Below are positions 58,683 through 64,000 of a stretch of 64,000 nucleotides of DNA, one piece after another. The DNA is taken from the NCBI GenBank assembly GCA_947167565.1, contig CAMVIN010000001.1:792-64791 (forward strand), written 5' to 3'. The notes beneath the pieces were generated by a model that was not told the DNA's origin, did not search any database, and was given only the letters and a program-made list of their open reading frames with translations. The position numbers and the translations under genes are program-made. Origin of the DNA: an uncultured Clostridia bacterium (GTDB lineage: Bacteria > Bacillota > Clostridia > Lachnospirales > Lachnospiraceae). The first letter of the stretch is position 1. Each line of letters begins with the position of its first letter.

Positions 58683-59438
58683 GTGGCGAAAAAACCGGTG
58701 GCACTGAGGGTTGATCATGTGAGCATGAAATTCAATCTCAGTTCTGAAAAAGTAGATAATATTAAAGAATATATTATCAAGATGATAAAAAAAGAGTTGA
58801 TGTACCAGGAGTTTTGGGCACTGAGAGACGTGGATTTTACTGACAGAAAAGGTGGCCGGCTTGGTATTATGGGGTTCAATGGCGCAGGAAAAAGTACACT
58901 TCTCAAAATCTGTTCCGGAGTTTTAAAGGCGACAGAGGGGAAGGTTACCACAGTAGGTAAAATCGCACCGCTTTTGGAGTTGGGTGCAGGTTTTGATAAG
59001 CAGTATACAGGAAGAGAAAATATTTTCCTGTATGGTTCTATGCTTGGTTTTAGCAGAGATTTTTTGACAGAGAGGTACGATGAAATTGTAGAATTCTCGG
59101 AATTAGGGGAATTTATTGATGTGCCGGTCAAAAACTATTCTTCCGGTATGAGAGCCCGTCTTGGATTTGCGGTTGCCACGATTGTGGAGCCGGACATTCT
59201 TATTCTGGATGAGGTGCTGAGTGTCGGAGACGCTAAGTTCCGGAAAAAGTGTGAAAAACGTGTCAAGAGCATGTTTGACAAAGGTGTTACAGTGCTTTTT
59301 GTATCACACTCAACCAATCAGGTTTTGCAGATTTGCAACCGGGGAATCCTTCTTGAACAGGGACAACTGATTGCACAGGGGTCGGCAGCCGATGTCGTAA
59401 GTTTTTATGAAGCCAAAATGGCAATGCAGTCAAAGTAA
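58683..59438 (+). CDS. tagH: Polysaccharide/teichoic-acid export ABC transporter ATP-binding protein (TagH-like)
   Basis: A GTG start follows AAGGAGG. Walker A is GFNGAGKST, the signature is YSSGMRARL, and Walker B is ILILDE. Confidence 0.88.
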   Translation: MAKKPVALRVDHVSMKFNLSSEKVDNIKEYIIKMIKKELMYQEFWALRDVDFTDRKGGRLGIMGFNGAGKSTLLKICSGVLKATEGKVTTVGKIAPLLELGAGFDKQYTGRENIFLYGSMLGFSRDFLTERYDEIVEFSELGEFIDVPVKNYSSGMRARLGFAVATIVEPDILILDEVLSVGDAKFRKKCEKRVKSMFDKGVTVLFVSHSTNQVLQICNRGILLEQGQLIAQGSAADVVSFYEAKMAMQSK

Positions 59439-59456
59439 GAAAGTATGGAGGAAATC

Positions 59457-59849
59457 ATGAAGAAAGTAATCACGTATGGTACATTTGATTTATTGCATGT
59501 AGGACACATCAATCTTTTGCGTCGCGCAAAGGCATTGGGCGACTATCTGATTGTTGTAGTGTCCTCAGATGAATTCAATGCCGGCAAGGGAAAGAAGGCA
59601 TATCATTCTTTTGAAGACAGAAAACAGATTCTTGAGGCAATTCGCTATGTTGACGAGGTTCTGCCGGAGTATACCTGGGAACAGAAGGTGGATGATGTGG
59701 TAAAGAATGATGTCGATGTTTTTGTTATGGGAAATGACTGGGAAGGTAAGTTTGATTTCCTGAAAGAGTACTGCGAGGTTGTTTATCTTCCGAGAACAGA
59801 AGGAATTTCCACGACGAAGATTAAAGAAGACTTAAATATGAAGGGATGA
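59457..59849 (+). CDS. tagD: Glycerol-3-phosphate cytidylyltransferase
   Basis: The sequence MKKVITYGTFDLLHVGHINLLRRAK...RTEGISTT matches the TagD/cytidylyltransferase HxGH and RTxGISTT motifs. Confidence 0.92.
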   Translation: MKKVITYGTFDLLHVGHINLLRRAKALGDYLIVVVSSDEFNAGKGKKAYHSFEDRKQILEAIRYVDEVLPEYTWEQKVDDVVKNDVDVFVMGNDWEGKFDFLKEYCEVVYLPRTEGISTTKIKEDLNMKG

Positions 59850-60973
59850 TTCCGGCAACGATGATAAAAAAAGCAGGGTACTATATATTTGCCGTGTTTT
59901 TTACCATATTCCGACTCTTTCCGCTCAAACGAGACAAAGTTTTTTTTGTGGCAACACATGACGATAGTGAAGAGGGGAATGTTGGGATTGTCGCGGAAGC
60001 ACTGAAGAGAACAAAGCCAGAGGTAAAACAGGTTTTTCTCACGAAAAGAGATGGAATCCGAAGGCCATTTTCGTTTTTTGTGGGAAAGGCATATCATCTT
60101 GCTACAGCGGGTACAATATTTATGGATAATGAGTTTATGCCGATGGCGTATATTACGTTTTCGAAGCAGGCGAAGGTTGTACAGCTCTGGCATGGTACCG
60201 GCAGCATTAAGAAATTTGGCCTTGATGTTGAGACGGGTGAAGTTGCGAGGCTTGCAAGAAAGGCAAATCGTCGGATTACGCATTTGATTGTCAATTCCGA
60301 ACTGACCAAAAAGCAGTATGAGGGGGCATTTCAGGTGCCCGAGAGGAATATATATATACTGGGACTTCCGAGAACGGATTTGATATTAGATACGAAAAAG
60401 ATGAAAGAAAAGCAAGAACACTTCTATGTGGAATATCCGGAGTTAAAGGGAAAGCGCTGTGTGCTGTATGCACCGACATTTCGCGATAATGAAACACAGC
60501 ATCCAAGAATTAATCTGGGGTTTTCGCAGCTTCTGAAAGCGATGGATGAGAACGATGTTCTTCTCCTTCGATTGCATCCTCATGTGGCGGCGAATTATTC
60601 AGATGTTAAATTGGGAGCGTATGGGGGACGAATCAGGAATATGTCGTACTACAGTGGTGTTTCCACTCTTTTATCCGTGGCGGACTGCCTGATTACCGAT
60701 TATTCCTCGATTGTTTTTGAATATTGTCTTTTGAAAAAACCGATGATATTCTATGCCTATGATTTGGAAGAGTTTCGTGAGAAGAGCCGTGGTTTTTACC
60801 CTGCGGATTATGAGAGTTATGTGCCGGGGCCGGTTGCTTACTCACAGGCTGATTTAGAAAGAATCTGGAAGGAATGGCGCTTTGATGAGAAAAAACTTTC
60901 AGATTTTAATGCCCAAACATTTCAATATCTTGACCAAAATGCGGTTGGGCGGCTTTTGGAATTGATTTTTTGA
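59846..60973 (+). CDS. CDP-glycerol glycerophosphotransferase family protein (TagB/TagF-like)
   Basis: The motifs VLYAPTFRD, LRLHPHV and ITDYSSIVFEY are typical of the family. The start overlaps the tagD stop (ATGA). Confidence 0.85.
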   Translation: MIPATMIKKAGYYIFAVFFTIFRLFPLKRDKVFFVATHDDSEEGNVGIVAEALKRTKPEVKQVFLTKRDGIRRPFSFFVGKAYHLATAGTIFMDNEFMPMAYITFSKQAKVVQLWHGTGSIKKFGLDVETGEVARLARKANRRITHLIVNSELTKKQYEGAFQVPERNIYILGLPRTDLILDTKKMKEKQEHFYVEYPELKGKRCVLYAPTFRDNETQHPRINLGFSQLLKAMDENDVLLLRLHPHVAANYSDVKLGAYGGRIRNMSYYSGVSTLLSVADCLITDYSSIVFEYCLLKKPMIFYAYDLEEFREKSRGFYPADYESYVPGPVAYSQADLERIWKEWRFDEKKLSDFNAQTFQYLDQNAVGRLLELIF

Positions 60974-61027
60974 CGAGAATGGTATATAATAAGTGACAAG
61001 TTTCTAAGAGAAGAACGGAGGTTTATT

Positions 61028-62554
61028 GTGGAGGTACTTTTACAGAGAAAGCTGAGCTTAGTATTTTTGATTGTTCAGTTCTTGTTGTCGGCAGTTCTTT
61101 GCGGACTGGCAATTTATGTTGGGTTTATTCCAACAAAGTATATTGTGGCATTGATTGCTGTTTGTGTGATTCTTATGATTTATCAGGTGCTGAGTCAGCT
61201 GACAAACAACAGTTATGTGTTTGGAAGAATATTATGTATTTTTTTCTGTGCCTTTTTTGTTGGCGGTGGATATTATATGTATGATGCTTATGCGGCAGTA
61301 GAAGAGGTGACAGAGGCAGATACAAAGGTAGATGTCATTTCCTTTTATGTATTGAAGGCGAATTCTGCACAGACGCTGGAGGATGCCAAAGGGTATAAGT
61401 TTGGTATATTGAGTGAACTTGACCGCGAGAATACAGATGAGTCGATTGCAGATGCTGAGAAAAGGGTCGGGACAACATTGCATACCGTTGAGTTCGATGA
61501 TACTACAACATTAGTAGATGCGCTTTATGCGAAGGACGTGGAGGTTGTTGTATTCAACCAGGCTTATCTTAACACGGTCGAAGATCAGTATAAGACCTTT
61601 GCGGAAGACACTCGTGAATTGTCCCAGAATTCGATTACAACAGTGGTTGAAGTTGAGAACAGATATGAGGATACTGATGTTACTACGAAGCCGTTTAATG
61701 TCTATATCAGCGGTATTGATGTATATGGTGATATCTCTCAGACGAGTCGAAGCGATGTGAATGTCATTGCGACGATCAATCCGGTGACAAAGAAGATTCT
61801 CCTGAGCAGTACTCCGCGAGATTATTATGTGCCGCTCTACAAAAAAGGTGGGCAGTCCTTGTCCGGCGGAATGTGTGATAAGCTGACTCATGCAGGTATT
61901 TACGGTGTGGACTGTTCGATCAATACATTAGAGAAGTTATATGATATTGATATTGACTATTATGTGCGAGTGAATTTTACGAGCGTTAAGGAGATTGTAA
62001 ATCTTCTTGGTGGTGTGAAAGTATATTCGGATTATGATTTTATCTCTGACTGGGGACCGGATGGTGCAGGGACTCATTATTCGTTCAAAAAGGGATACAA
62101 TAAAGTCAACGGCAAGAAGGCATTGGCGTTCTGCCGGGAGAGACACCATTTTGCCAATGGAGATTATCAGCGAGGCAGAGATCATCAGCACATGATCGAG
62201 GCAATTTTGAATAAGGCGATGTCACCTTCTATTTTGCCGAATTTTTCGCAGTTGTTAAAGAAATCAAAGAAGATGTTCCAGACCAATATGTCAACAAAGA
62301 AAATTGCTTCGATTTGTAACATGCAGTTGAGTGATATGGCACAGTGGAAGATTGTGTATGCCAATGCGGATGGAAGTGGAGCAAAAAAGACGACGTATTC
62401 GATTCGTTCCACTGCTCTTTATGTGTGTGAGCCGGATTATGATTCTGTTGCAAAGCTTACAAAGAAGATTAAGAAGGTTATGAAAGAGACCAAAAAAGAC
62501 GATGAGAAAGATGAGGATTCATCAGATGAAGCTCAGGCTACGTTGAAACCATGA
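61028..62554 (+). CDS. LCP (LytR-CpsA-Psr) family wall-polymer ligase
   Basis: N-terminal TM helices are followed by RSDVNVIATINPVTKKILLSSTPRDYYVPL and the FCRERHHFANGDYQRGRDHQ pattern of the LCP domain. The start is GTG. Confidence 0.85.
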   Translation: MEVLLQRKLSLVFLIVQFLLSAVLCGLAIYVGFIPTKYIVALIAVCVILMIYQVLSQLTNNSYVFGRILCIFFCAFFVGGGYYMYDAYAAVEEVTEADTKVDVISFYVLKANSAQTLEDAKGYKFGILSELDRENTDESIADAEKRVGTTLHTVEFDDTTTLVDALYAKDVEVVVFNQAYLNTVEDQYKTFAEDTRELSQNSITTVVEVENRYEDTDVTTKPFNVYISGIDVYGDISQTSRSDVNVIATINPVTKKILLSSTPRDYYVPLYKKGGQSLSGGMCDKLTHAGIYGVDCSINTLEKLYDIDIDYYVRVNFTSVKEIVNLLGGVKVYSDYDFISDWGPDGAGTHYSFKKGYNKVNGKKALAFCRERHHFANGDYQRGRDHQHMIEAILNKAMSPSILPNFSQLLKKSKKMFQTNMSTKKIASICNMQLSDMAQWKIVYANADGSGAKKTTYSIRSTALYVCEPDYDSVAKLTKKIKKVMKETKKDDEKDEDSSDEAQATLKP

Positions 62555-62599
62555 TAAAATGTGCGGCCGCCCTGAATGGGCGGTCGTTTTGGGAGGTAA

Positions 62600-63838
62600 A
62601 TGATGAGCGAGAGACGTAATATTATTTTTTCTCCACCGGATATTACAGAAGAAGAGATTGCAGAAGTAGCAGATGCTCTGCGTTCCGGCTGGATTACAAC
62701 TGGTCCGAAAACCAAAGAACTGGAACGGCGTCTGGCATCGTATTGTCGAACAAAACGGGCGGCATGCCTGAATTCTTCAACAGCATCAATGGAGATGACA
62801 CTGCGGTTGTTTGGTATTGGACCGGGGGACGAGGTTATCACGACAGCTTATACATATACAGCTACAGCCAGCGCAATCTGTCATACCGGTGCTACGCCCG
62901 TTTTAATTGATTTGTCGGAAGATTCTTATGAAATGAATTATGAGGCTGTCGAGAGGGCAATTACGGCAAAGACGAAAGCTATTGTGCCTGTTGATATTGC
63001 AGGTATCATGTGTGACTATGATAGGATAATAGAGATTTCAGAAAAGAAAAGGGAGTTATTTCAGCCTTCGGACAACCGGTATCAGAAATCTCTTGGGCGG
63101 ATTCTTGTCATGGCAGATTCCGCACATGGATTTGGTGCAAAGAGAGATGGGAAAATGAGTGGTCAGATGGCTGATTTTACTACATTTTCCTTCCATGCAG
63201 TAAAAAATCTCACAACAGCCGAAGGGGGAGCCGTCACATGGCGGGAATTACCGGGGATTGATTCAGAGGAGATTTATAAAGAATTCATGCTTTTGTCGCT
63301 TCATGGTCAGTCAAAAGATGCTCTTGCCAAGACAAAATTGGGTGGATGGGAATACGACATCCTGTTCCCGGCATATAAATGCAACATGACAGATGTTTCA
63401 GCGGCGATAGGTCTTGTTCAGCTAGAACGCTATTCCGGAATGCTCAAAAGACGGAGAAAAATAATAGAGCAGTACGAGGAGGGACTGGCTTACATCAATC
63501 GAAATCCTTCCGTTCGATTTCATCTGAGCAGTGTTGAGCACTATAATGACAGGGTAACTTCAAGCGGTCATCTTTTCCTCATGAGACTGCAAGGAGCCTC
63601 GGAGGAAGAGAGAAATCAAGTGATTCAAAAGATGGCCGAACAGGGTGTGCCGACCAATGTGCATTATAAGCCATTACCACTGCTGACAGCATATAAAAAT
63701 CTGGGATTCAATATAAAGGATTTTCCGAATGCTTATCGGATGTATAAGAATGAAATAACACTTCCGTTACATACCAAATTGTCGGATGAAGACATAGCCT
63801 ATATTTTGGACGTTCTGGAAAAGGTACTGGAATATTGA
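62600..63838 (+). CDS. DegT/DnrJ/EryC1/StrS family sugar aminotransferase
   Basis: The N-terminus IFSPPDITEEEIAEVADALRSGWITTGPK matches the family, and the PLP-lysine region is FSFHAVKNLTTAEGG. Confidence 0.88.
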   Translation: MMSERRNIIFSPPDITEEEIAEVADALRSGWITTGPKTKELERRLASYCRTKRAACLNSSTASMEMTLRLFGIGPGDEVITTAYTYTATASAICHTGATPVLIDLSEDSYEMNYEAVERAITAKTKAIVPVDIAGIMCDYDRIIEISEKKRELFQPSDNRYQKSLGRILVMADSAHGFGAKRDGKMSGQMADFTTFSFHAVKNLTTAEGGAVTWRELPGIDSEEIYKEFMLLSLHGQSKDALAKTKLGGWEYDILFPAYKCNMTDVSAAIGLVQLERYSGMLKRRRKIIEQYEEGLAYINRNPSVRFHLSSVEHYNDRVTSSGHLFLMRLQGASEEERNQVIQKMAEQGVPTNVHYKPLPLLTAYKNLGFNIKDFPNAYRMYKNEITLPLHTKLSDEDIAYILDVLEKVLEY

Positions 63839-63867
63839 ACTTAATTTGTTAATGGGAGACCATAAAA

Positions 63868-64000
63868 ATGAGAAAATGGGAACAATTGCCGGAAACTCTG
63901 AGGCGGGATGAGGTGAAACCTTATTATGAACATTTAAGAAAACACAATGTTTCGCTGATCATTAAGCGGCTGATGGATTTTTTTCTGGCACTTATTCTGC
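63868..64000 (+). CDS. Sugar transferase (initiating undecaprenyl-phosphate glycosyl-phosphotransferase type), 5' partial
   Basis: The ATG follows GGGAGA. The N-terminus ...KRLMDFFLALIL is the typical start of the bacterial sugar-transferase domain. The ORF runs off the window. Confidence 0.55.
   Translation, partial: MRKWEQLPETLRRDEVKPYYEHLRKHNVSLIIKRLMDFFLALIL

Overview
This 64 kb window looks like a low-GC Gram-positive (Clostridia, possibly Lachnospiraceae) chromosome; the taxon is inferred from gene content and regulatory elements. Most of it is core housekeeping. It holds the rplA end, an L10 leader, rplJ-rplL, rpoB-rpoC, and a T-box-controlled archaeal-type aspS plus gatCAB operon. 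It also holds apt, a CIRCE-controlled hrcA-grpE-dnaK-dnaJ operon, mtnN, iorAB-paaK with a Na+/solute symporter, proS, and a phosphatidylethanolamine operon (flippase-like gene, pssA, psd). Further genes are uppP, rsuA, rnhA, ppx-ppk1, tyrA, queA, cdaA-cdaR, and the start of a teichoic-acid/polysaccharide cluster (tagG-tagH-tagD-tagF-like, LCP, aminotransferase, sugar transferase). No rRNA, tRNA, CRISPR array, transposase or integrase was seen. The non-core parts are as follows. (1) A large secreted beta-helix-like protein gene is inserted between rplL and rpoB. (2) A three-gene islet at 18.0-24.2 kb holds an orphan FliK-like protein, a secreted Big_2 protein, and a 1022-aa single-pass membrane protein with a cytoplasmic zinc-ribbon/TIR module. 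This TIR protein is the best candidate here for an undescribed signalling or defence function. (3) Two unassignable membrane proteins are translationally coupled to cdaA. (4) The tagG-like permease carries a frameshift in a region with homopolymer T runs. All domain calls come from motif recognition by eye and need HMM or structure confirmation.
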